Source: Syncephalis fuscata S228 (lineage: Eukaryota > Fungi > Zoopagomycota). From it: DNA of 64,000 nt. How positions within the stretch are numbered: position 1 is the first letter of the stretch; every line of letters begins with the position of its first letter. Below, one piece after another: positions 50,532-62,341 of this stretch. Both the position numbers and the translations under genes were made by a program. Location: contig JAHLTZ010000008.1 in assembly GCA_025786725.1 (NCBI GenBank), positions 434,001-498,000 on the forward strand, written 5' to 3'. A model generated the notes under the pieces. It did no database searches. It saw only the letters and a list, made by a program, of their open reading frames with translations, and was not told the DNA's origin.

Positions 50532-53180
50532 GGTAATATAAATTTGTTAGAAAAGCAGGTGTATCAAAAGTAGGGGATATATAATAGATAGCTGTGTAGA
50601 AAGAGCTGTGTGTGTGTGTGTGTAAAAAAAGAGAAAGAGTTCAAGTGTGATAGTGGTTGTGAATTGGTAAGCACTATTTAAGTTCATGACAATGATGTGA
50701 GTGCCGTTTAGTCCAGATAGTGCGTTATGTATACCGCATGCATCAATATAACTATTGCTGTATTATGCATTGAATGGGTATGCATCAAAAACAAAATATG
50801 CAAACAACACATGTGGATATGATTTACACCAATTAAAATGCTTCTATTAAATGCTATGCGACGCGTGTTGGCTTGCAAAGTAAAGTTCTAAATATCATAA
50901 TCTGTGCTCAGTAAAATCTGTTTTCATTCATGCAAATGCGGTGATGGTAAAAATCAAGCGAAATGTGCCTAGTCTAAAGCTCCAATCAATCTAAATTTCG
51001 CTGTTATCCAAAGGAGCTTCATTGGCTTTTTAAAATAGTGATGCTATTTGAATGTTTATTGCGTGCATAGCAAATCACACAATTAAACTAAAATGACTTT
51101 CCATTAGAATATCACTTTAGCTTTATTTATGTCATTAATAAACTAGTAATAGTATCATTATATGTATTAAAGATTTTTGCTATAGAATTATTATAGTTGA
51201 CCAGTAATAGTTTAATCATATTTCTTTGGCAATAAATAGTCTATCTATTATCTTTTTATTTAGTTAATCGCTTGCTTTTACTAGTACATTATTAATGACT
51301 TAATATAAACATTGTTAAACTACATCAAGTTGCTAATAGGCTGTTTGATATCAGCATAATATAAAATAAGCAGATTAATGATATAGTTGTTGAAGTAGCT
51401 GGCGTGGTATAGTTTTATTAAATGTAAATAATTGTGCTATGCTGTTATTGTTTTTAAAGCTTTGCATTAATTTATAATGACAATAGTATTAATACTAATA
51501 TTACTATTGATTAAAGTTTCTGCTTCATTTCATTTGTGCAACAAGAACATAAACTTTTAAATAACCAGACTATTTACAAATTATAAGTCTTATTTATTAT
51601 TTAAAACAAATAAGCACATTTTAAATAAGCAATGGCTGGCTAGACAATAATCTAGTAATTTATTGATTTATGGCCATTAAAGTCGCGGTAAAGCATGATC
51701 TATAGTCTCCTTTATAGTAGTATCTTTAACTCCGATAAAGCAGTTTTAAATATTTCAAAAAGCGCCGTTTTTATTTCATAACTATTAGCCAAGCAAGATA
51801 CAATACATCAACAAGTAATTTCTGTTTATAATCTATAGCAATCATTAATAAAAGAAATTTAATTGGCAGCTATCAAATAGCGGTTAAACATACTTTAATA
51901 AAACCTTTTCTTCAATAAGGTGGAACTGACTGATTGAGGCAGCAAAGTACTTTTTGTTTCACTCACTCACTTAATAACATCCACTTAGCACACACTATTC
52001 ATTCATCCACACACGTTCATTACACTTGGGCACCCAGCACACCCGTATAACACGCACACACACACACACACAACTTCTCGTATTTCTTGGCCTTTAAGCT
52101 ATTACACACTTTTCTCTCCTTTCAAATTGACCTATACCTCATCTGTGCTTTTCTGGCAATTCACCTACTTTGTCGCCTATTTATTTCGCTACAAACGGGT
52201 AGACGTAGCCTCGTGGAGTTGACTTGCCAAGTAAATAACAAAGCAAGGTTACGCCTTCCTAGTAAAGAGTCTAGTGTGAAGTAGTCCTTTTCTATTTCTT
52301 AGGATATCTTTTTCATTGTCGTCTCTCTGTTTCTCTCTCTCTCGTTCGCCAACTACTCAGTCGTTTCTATATCACAGCGACGTATACCGCCAATACAACC
52401 GATACAAGTGTGCGTGTGTGTGTGTGTTTGTTTTCGTGTCTTCCTTTGTTGTTGTTCTTTATTGACACAGCTCGCGGTTTGTCCTCCGCTAGCTATTTAT
52501 TCGCCTAAAGGAGATTCCACTTTTATCATCTCGTTTTCCTTTGTTGCATAAGTATTGATACTTTGAACAAACACTCGTTATCTAGACTATTGGATGGTTA
52601 TACCGGGCGGTACTGGCACCAGTATTAGTCTCCAGTGCAGTTATAGCTATTGTGCTAAACTCTCCTACCTTCAGCCATAGTCAACGAAAATAACCGTGTT
52701 TATCAAATAATTATTTGGTAAGTAGTCTTTGTATTACAGAATACATACCTGCCTATATATATATAAACATATATATCCTGACGGGTACATATCTTGGCCT
52801 ATTATTATCAATGTTATTCATTTTACCTAATGGCTAGTGTTATAATTAATGAATAATATAGTTTATTATTGAACAAATGATCAATAGTAAATAATATTTA
52901 TTTAACTTTTACAACATTTGTTAATCAGCACATTTACTGCTTATACTCCTTTATTTAGAACAATTTGCTGTTATTTCGACGCACCAACAATTAATATCTA
53001 TTGTTTACAGCGCCAGTAATTGTACGTATCCATAGATACACATAATAGATAATATTAATTCTATCGATACTTAATCTAGGTGTTCCATTACCACTATTAC
53101 TACTACCACAATTGTTATCATTAGTATTGCAGTTATACGACATTTCCATATCCAGTGCCTCAATTCTTGCACGTCATTGA

Positions 53181-56100
53181 ATGATTGTGCGCGGTATGGA
53201 TGATCCATCAGTCAATAACGTGACGGTCATTGCTTCAGGTCCAGATGAGCCATTGACCCGTACACCATCATTGCCGGCCAGTCCAAGCAATTCATTACGC
53301 TTTGCCCGTCCACCACGGCCTAATTCGAGAGGCAATCGACGACATAGTCTTGTAGGGGTATTCCCATCTGCTACCGATGCTGTGATAACCACTGCAGCAG
53401 AGTCCACTCCTGTTATGCAACGTAGTGCATCTCATGCTCCATTCTCGAATAATGAACATACAATTGAAGGCAACGAGTCTACAGGTCGTCCTCGCCGTCC
53501 CATGTCATACCATGCTGGATTCCAACGCAATCTATTTTCACAAGAGTCAAATCAACGTTTGATGGCTGTGACTGAATCCGCTGCATTAATGACTACTGTA
53601 AAAGAAATCACTATGACTGAAACGGAGGATATTGATATGAGTTTGCCAGTATCTAAAGCAGAACCCAATATCATTCCAGATATTGATACAGAATCCATGG
53701 AAAGTAATGTTGTCAAAGAAGACTGTCCATCTTTAGAAGAGACACCCGATGCATCTTATAGTATTATAAGTGATGACACACCATCATTTGCGGCTATGAT
53801 GGCCGATATGATTGCCTATCCGACTGTATCACCATTATTACCCGTAGTATCACCGTCTAATGGACTTTCCATGCTTGTTGATGCCACCTACGAAGAAACA
53901 ACTACTGTGGAAGAAACAACTACTGAACAAACAACTAACGTAGAAGAGATAACTGATAAACAAATAGTTACTGAATCAGTAGTAACAAGGGAATCAATGG
54001 TTGAATCAAGCGATACTACTGAACAAGTAACGACTAGTACAACAGAAATTGGAACAACCAATGATATTCAAGATGATGACGAATCTGATCTAAGAATTAC
54101 TTATGATAATACTGAACTACAAGATAGTATTATTGATGGACTGGCTATTAACGCTACAGACAATACTATTGTGACCACTATAACCGATACTACTATAAAA
54201 GAGGTATTTAGCGATATGGATCCCGATGAAGATGACAGTGATAGCAATGCTGAAGTACCCTCTGTCATTGGTATGCTATCACCAGAACGTGTACGTGATT
54301 CAGTCATCCTTCAAGCTGAAAAGAGTCCCCAATTACTGGCATTACGTAATATCGATGATATCGATGATATCGATCCATTATCTGGCAGCCATGATGGCGA
54401 CAGTAATAACAGTGGAAGTAATAGCGATGAAGATATGGCTGCATTATCACTTCCCGGTGTATTAAATCCAGCCAATCTAGTAGTTGATGAAGCCATGCCA
54501 CCCAAATCACCTCTACTCGGCAATGCTGATCATGATCATGAACACACCACGATTGAACAAGCATTGATATCACCTATCGAGTGTTTACCATCTAGTGCGT
54601 TTATTGAGAATAGAGAAATACTCGATGCCATGACAGACACATCAGTGCACCCACTAGTAGATGGCGAAGTGTCCATGTTGTCCACATCTGCATTGAGTAT
54701 TGGATTTCCTATTGCACCAGGTAGTCCAGCGGTTGTTCCTACTGAAATGATATCAACAATGAGTGGTATGTCAGATGGACATGATCATACACTTATTGGT
54801 GAAGGCCATGGATCACCCTTAGTCTATACAACAGCAGGACCGGCCAATGGAGAACGACAAATACTCATTGCTCGTCTATGTTCACTTGGACATTCTGAAG
54901 GAGCGGCTAACGATGCATTAGATGCACTACCTAGTGGCAACTTTGATGAGCTACTATTATGGATCTCACGTCGTCGATTAGCTATTCTTAAAAGCGATGC
55001 TGAAGAAGAGAAACGACTACGACGACTTGAAGAGGTGGGACGGGCAGGTGGCAGTGTAAATGGCAGTAGCAGTGTTGGTGGCAGTAATGGTACTACCAGT
55101 GTTACTAGTCTTCGGGGCCCATCACATCATCTATCTGGACTGGGAGTCAGTGGTCGATTAAGCGATGCTGATTCAGAGGATTCAACGATACTGTTACCAG
55201 ATGTACAGTTAATTGATCGTACTACCATTTGTGATCCATTACATCGACCACCCGATTCACGTACAACGCCCAGACCACGTTCTATCCTGAAACCACCACC
55301 GAGTAAAATGAATAAAGAGGGTAGAATGGAAGTGGCAAGGATTTACTTAAAGATACGACAGTTGCTTCATTATGGCAACGATCACGTGTATGGTTTTCAT
55401 TACCGACCCGTACATCATCACATCAGCATCGACCATGGGTGGATCAGGTGGATGGGACGTAAAGAGGCGTTCCATCAACGTCAAGGCGGATCATTACGGA
55501 CTAAACCATCGCCGTATTCCGCCTATTTACCAGCACCGCCTTCACCGTCACTATCGGTTGAGAGTGATGAATTGCCTATTCGTCAGTTAAAACAAGTTCG
55601 TTTCCCGGTACAAGCAATGGCCATTAAGTATTTATATGTTGCTGAACGACCCATTCAACCTGGGCTTCGTTTAGATGAGCATGGTCGTACCGAAGATGGC
55701 CAATTACTAGATGGTAAGTTATATATATATATTACTATAATAGTTATACTAATATATACATATATATATGTATTTATATATAGCGAATGGACATGCTCAG
55801 CTACTTAGTCATCAGAATAATCAAGGTGTCTATGATAGTTTAGAGGCATTGGCTAGTAATACACAATTATCCGGTGTTGATCATCCACCGGGTCTGGTAT
55901 CATTGGCCGGAGGAGAACAGGTGAATGGATCAAGATCGAGTGGACATGCATCGACATTACATCCTGCTACTAAAAGTGAAGCACAAGCAGGCATTACTAT
56001 AGATGCCGCATTGGCAGCCGGTGCACCACGGGACATCAATGATGATTCGCCTATTACACCAATTGAAGAAGCACGTCTACATTCAGCACGTGAGCTATCG

Positions 56101-57942
56101 GTCTATTATCGTCGAGCTTGTCAAGCCCGTCATGAACGGCCTATTGATTCGGTATTACAGCAACTTAGAGTAAGTACTGTAATTAATGTATTAAATTTAA
56201 GTTGTAATCGTGTTTATTATTAGCGGGCAAGTGAACGAGCCGAACCATTAACCACCCTATCATTGACGGGTAAGTCATCTAATAATCGTATTGTTGTTGT
56301 TGTTTAATATTTACATATGATTAGGTATTTTATTGGAACGGCGAGCGGCTGATGCATTATCAGATATGCTTATACTTCGTTCAGGTCTACAGCGACTTGA
56401 ACTTAATGACTGTTCTCTCGTTAATGATGCGTTGAAATCAATTCTACATAGTCTATTACTAGTAGATGAATTACAAGAGCTTAGTTTATGTCGCAATAAG
56501 CGTATTAGTGCAGACGGATTTAAATATATTGCTATTTATACGCGAAAGGTAATAGAGATAGAATAGAAATAGAAGTATTTATTAATATTTATTAATTTAT
56601 AGGCTAAACATCTTCGTTTACTTGATTTGTCGGGTTGTCGACCTGATAAACGAGGTTGTCGTTACTTGTCTCACGCTCTTGCCTCTAGCAGTGTTATGAT
56701 GTTACGTAGCGCTTTACGTACACTTTATTTAAATGATTGTAATCTACGATCAACACTATTAGAAGTTCTTGGTAAGTAATTGATAGATTCTACGCTATAT
56801 ATTGCGTATACTTATGTATGATTTATGTTAGTGCCATCGATTCGTCGGTCTAATGTTACCGAATTGAGTATGACGCATAATCGATTTGGTCCTAATGGTG
56901 CAATATGGGTAGCGGCCTTACTGGATGCCGATTGGCTTCCATCTGAAGAGAGTAATGGACTATTTGCCGGTATTGAAAGCCGTGTTGAACGGTTGAATCT
57001 TAGTTATAATGATATTCGAGTAAGTGGGTTTACTGTTGGTATATCTAGCTAATGTATATGGTAATTTAGTCGGGTATTGATCAAATATCGATAGCATTAC
57101 GTAAGAATCGTACATTAAATGAGCTTGATTTAGCTTCAAATGAATTGAACTCACGGGCCCTTTCGTCACTTGCCATGTCATTAGTAAGTGTTACTATTAT
57201 ATTGTTAATATTGACATAAATGTATTTATAATTGTATTGTTATAATAATAATAGACGGAGAATGCTACTTTGACCTGTTTAAACCTTAGCGGCAATCCTT
57301 TATCGGGGCCAGCCATTGATGGTGTAAGTTATGATGTTCATTGCGAATAGTGATCATTATTAATACTTGTATATACATAAATGGTTAGATCATGCAATTG
57401 CGTGCCTCATTAACGTTCAACAATACATTGCATACCCTATTGTTGGCCAATACAGATATGCGATCAGAAGGTAATATTATATTGCTAGGTGTTTAGTAAT
57501 TAATTTATATATACATTCTATACATTCTATAGGAGCCATTGCCTTGGCTGAATTCCTACCCGAGACACAAACACTACGCCGACTTGATCTGTCGGATAAT
57601 CCAGAAATCGACATTGCCGGTGTTATGGCACTATCGGTATCCGTTCGTATGAACAAGAGTCTACAATATCTTGATGTTAATGTAATGGTCAGTCGACCTA
57701 CGTATACGATCTTAATTAATAATTAACTCTATTAACAGCCCGATGACTCGGAAATGGCCGCACTATCAAGGGATATCCTACTCACGTGTATACGTAATAC
57801 ACAGCTTCAAGAGAAATCGACACGGTCCACTAACAATACACGCAAGAATAGCTCGAGCAGTAGTACATCGGTATTTACCGATCCACCACCACGTAGTAGT
57901 AGCCGACCAAGCAGTGTTGATTTACGGGCCAGTACGGCTTAA
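53181..57942 (+). CDS. RNI-like LRR protein, PP1 regulatory subunit-like (PPP1R37/Mhp1-Gip3 type), with UBA-like domain and acidic N-terminus
   Basis: SILK (PRSILKPP) and RVxF (KQVRF) PP1-docking motifs. YRRACQARHERPIDSVLQQL precedes repeated LxxLxLxxN LRRs across about 10 exons. LIARLCSLGHSEGAANDAL is UBA-like. Confidence 0.85.
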
Positions 57943-58076
57943 ATTTTAATTGTCATACTTTATTTTTATGTTTATTGTAGCTGGATAAGAAAGAGAAATA
58001 AGAGGAGGAGGTAAAACAATATGAAGCACATGTTATATACATACAACAATGACGGCAATGATAATAACCACTATAC

Positions 58077-58116
58077 AGTAATAATAATAATAATAACAAC
58101 AACAACAACACAGACA

Positions 58117-58147
<31 letters not shown>

Positions 58148-58148
58148 A
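58077..58148. repeat. Compound microsatellite (AAT)n(AAC)n then (ATCT)n
   Basis: Direct reading of the sequence. Confidence 0.85.
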
Positions 58149-59508
58149 CATATATTGAGTATAGCTAACTTACGTGATTTATCTTTTGCATTGGTAACCT
58201 AGTTTATTTTTTCTATTTTATTTTGGTTTCTAGTTCATTGGAACATTTTTTTTCTAATGATGAATCACCGAAATCTATTACGCTATTGTGATATGCAATA
58301 ACGATTCTTCTTGGGTTCATACGTCTGCTTGTATGTAGTATGTTTCGTGTGTGTATGTATGTATGTATCTACCAACTTCTTTATTATGTTGTGATTCAAA
58401 TTATTATTAATTTAATATAATCCATCTTATGAACAACTAAATGGCTGACATTTACTTTGGCTCCCCAAAGCAGCAAATCTTTTACACAATCGATTGTAAT
58501 GATTTAAATAGTTGGCGAGTTGATTAAATTAATTTGTGTTTAAATGATTATTCACAATAAATATTAATGTAATGTAATGTAATAATATTATTATCTCTAT
58601 AAAATAGAATATAATTAAATGTAACAGAGCATTGTATCAATAATAATATTAAACATTTAATAAATAATGTAACACAATTTTAATTTCATTAAAACATTTG
58701 AGGCCGATCATTGTTGTTGTTGGCTATGTGTAGAAAGATTGATTGAATATTAATAAAAGCCATTGATCGCAATTTCATGTCGTTCTACAGTTGTTGGTAT
58801 TGCATCTACATCAATGCGAATTATTGTATTCGAATGGTTTTTTCTATTTCCAATCTTCTACTGTTGCATTTTGGGCAGATTTACGATGTAAAATACTCGT
58901 CTATAGGGACAAAAAAGGTAGGACGACTAGTATTTTGATGTTCACCATTGTCTTGAGCATTCTTGGTATCAACTTGGTAGCACAGATTATTTGTCGACCA
59001 TCAATGAAGCAAATGGCCTTCACCATGTGCAATAATGATAGGTTGATGTTTTCACCAGGAAGATCTTGTGGCGACAGTTGTAACCAAAATATACGGCATG
59101 CCGTTGAGGTTACTTGAACAGATGTTGATGTAAAATAAGAGAAATAAAGACTAGGGATTGAATAATGTTTTTTATTGATGTTAAAATACACATGTATTTA
59201 TATTGCTATATTTGGCATTATATATAATATATTACTGAATAGAACAATAAGATAGTATAAGAAGACAATGAAATGATTAAATAAAAGATGTGGAGTCAAA
59301 GTACAGTAGCTCCCAACTAAATATTTAAAATTGTAATATGCTAATTAATTTGTTATAATGGCGATTGATTGGATAGAAAGGATAATATAGATTAGCTATG
59401 AATTTGAACTTAAATTAGTTTACTTTTTATTATTGATCTTTTTCTAGTTTTACAACACTCAATCTATATAATATCGTATAGCACGATCATATATATATAT
59501 ATAGCACG

Positions 59509-60120
59509 ATGAATACTGGTCTACGTCGCGTTCTGTCTATAGTCACACCACTATCGGGCCGGGCTGGTCAAATGGCCAGACCAATGACGACCCAGACTAC
59601 AAGAACGAATCAACCAAATAACCGTAATAACAATTATGCACGAAGGGATCAGAATTCAAAAGCTTTAACCACTAAAATGCGTCTATTTCGGTTTTGTTTA
59701 CCACGTCCGTTAAAGAATCCAGGTGAAGTCGAACAAGTGGCTGAGCATTTTAGAAAATACGGTCGTCTTATTATGTATCGTATGTCGCGAGTAAGTTATG
59801 ATGAGCTAGCACTATACATAGCTTTAAATTAATCAATTATGAATTTAATATGATACTATGGCAGTGTCCCGACACGAATGCTTCTTACAATACCGGATTT
59901 ATAGAATACGATAAAGATGCCACATTGGATCAACTGATCGAGGAGCCTAATCAAAAAATTGAAGGGCTTGATATGGATGTCTATATTATGAATCCAAAGC
60001 GTAAGTAATTAATGAAAATAAGCGGTTTATACTTATACTTATTATTATAATTATAAATTAATAGATACGGTACAGTTTCAAAACCGTCAACAACAAATAA
60101 TCGCAGCGTTAAAAATATGA
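59509..60120 (+). CDS. Small protein with mitochondrial-type presequence and a degenerate RRM-like domain
   Basis: Arg-rich, acid-free N-terminus. Exons 59509-59790, 59865-60000 and 60065-60120 splice in frame. HFRKYGRLIMYRMSRCPDTNASYNTGFIEY is RNP1-like. Confidence 0.7.
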
Positions 60121-60286
60121 TAATTAAAATAAATATATTAGTCGATTCTAATTTACTACTATAAATTGTAATCTATTTTGGTATTTTCACAAATCATTAT
60201 TAAATCACTAAAAGTATTATAAAACGTTGTTTATATTATTGCTATTACAAATTAACACCATCTACAATTGCTGCTGCTTTTAAAGC

Positions 60287-60814
60287 TTAAGAGACCTCGC
60301 CAGATACTGGTGCAGTATCTTGACCATGAAGTGGCAAAAGAACCAGCTGCGTACCAACAATCATTCGATTTCGCTCCTCTGTATCGTTGGCCGTCTGTTC
60401 ATCAGTGTCCATATCCCTATTGTCCTCCAAATTGTTTTGTATTTGTTGAGCTTTCTTTTGTGCCTCTATTGAATGATTACAACGCATTAATAATAAAACA
60501 TACGCATAACTATTTTAGACTTGCCTACTAGATTCATATCTCTGAATACATTTTGCCAATTGCCCATAACTTGAGATATTGCTAGTTTAAGTCTTAAAAG
60601 GTATGCTCATAGTTATGTAGGTTTTAAGATAGCTACCTTCATAGCCGCTATTTAACTCGTCAATTCGTTCGCAAAGCGTTTCCATATAATTGTGCAAACC
60701 GCGTGACAAATCGCGAATCGCTAAAAGTCCTTGCAATTCACGCTGCTTTTCTTCAAGCTGTATATGAATAGGGGGCGCAAGTGCAGACCCGCTTTGTTGC
60801 CCGCGTAGACTCAT
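60287..60814 (-). CDS. DAD2: DASH/Dam1 kinetochore complex subunit Dad2
   Basis: LEEKQRELQGLLAIRDLS...IDELNSGYEAISQVMGNWQNVFRDM...TQLVLLP follows the Dad2 pattern. Introns 60582-60636 (GT-AG) and 60466-60524 (GC-AG). Confidence 0.85.
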
Positions 60815-61280
60815 GATGAATAGATCTGGAAAGTGAAAAGAAAGAAAAAGCGAGTTGTAAAGATTCGGTAAACGTGATAAATTCAATCATTATCATGTTG
60901 TACAGTTAACAATACAGTAGAATGTAACAATTGGAGTATAGCAATACTTTATTTATTATTTAGCAGCAATAAAGGCATTGTATCCAATAATATCTTATCC
61001 ACTATAAGCTGCTAGTAACTATCATATGCCATGAGAGATTATAGTTTATCCTTTGCATGTACGGCTTTTCAAAATCAAGTGATGCCATTTAAAACAGGAA
61101 AAAACGCGTTAGAGACTCGGTTACATATAACTGTGCTTTTATTGTATCCTAATCTAGCCGTACTAATTGACTACCAATAAAACATGCGCTATCACAGCAG
61201 CTATTGAATGCTTTAGTAGCGTAGATACACTGATAATGCACAAATTTGTAATTCAAAGTGATAATGAAAAGTGTTATATT

Positions 61281-61950
61281 TTACTTATTACGGAAACGAC
61301 GACCCAATCCTTTCAATCCCTTCATAGATCCCGGGGGTGTGTAGTATTGCTCGTCGTTTAATACAGCCGCATTATTATGCGCTGCCAGGTCTACAACGTT
61401 TTCATTCACTGGCCCCAAGTTTTCATTAACGCTGGGCTGAATATGGTATCGAATTTTGCACGGATGGCATGTCCGTGGTCGTTGAATGAGAAGCTGGCAT
61501 TGCTGGATTCTCCACCATTTGATGCTGATCCGTGGCAGTTGCCATCCCTGGACCAGTGGCCATCCCCGAGGCACTCGACATCCCCGAAGGATTTGTCATT
61601 CCTGCCGCGGTTGCCGTTCCTGCTGTAGTTGTCATTCCTGCCGCATTTGCTGTTCCCGAGGCATTTGTAATACCACCGGGCATTGCTCCATCAACCGAGG
61701 GTCTTCTTATAGGATTGCCGAATTTGTCGACCAAGTTGTCAATGCTGGCTCGACGTATACGCGCCTTGTTGACCATATTTGTTTTGCCAAATATAGTGCC
61801 ATAGTCTTCTTCAAAATCGGCAATAGCTGCTTGGTAGGTACCAGAGTGTCTCTTTGAGCCAGAAGGATTTGCGGTAGTAGGCATGCTCGCTCCCTCTGTA
61901 GCGCTATTAGCCGCGCTAGTACGGTTGGCAGATGATTTTCTCCAAGGCAT
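61281..61950 (-). CDS. Hydrophilic Gly/Ala/Met/Thr-repeat protein of unknown function
   Basis: ATG at 61950 (MPWRKSS). RRAS and RRPS PKA-type sites, GM[T/S/A] repeats. As written it stops at 61426; a protein-like continuation in another frame ends at 61281. Confidence 0.6.
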
Positions 61951-62341
61951 GATAATTGAATAGAAGCTAAAAGTAAAACTAGAGAACCGTTTAATCTTGA
62001 TGGCGATGCTTTTATCGTATTGCCAAGTAGCAAGCAATTAAACTAAATGGTTTGATTTGAATTTAAAACCGCTGTTTCAGTTAGTACTGAAAGACTGTAA
62101 TGATTGGAACAAATTATTCAATACGGTAAAACCAGTGAGAATTAAGCCACTTTGAGTTAGCTTGTGAGACATGTGGCTGTTTTTCACGATGATTGCTGGC
62201 CACACAGCCATATCCAGTTTTCATGGCTACAATAAGTTATTACGTAAGTTATCAATTTTCAAATGTGAGAGTCAAAGCAAAGTTCAATCCAGAGTTGTAA
62301 TGATTATTTTAATTAATATGCGTAATTCAGCATACTGCCTG

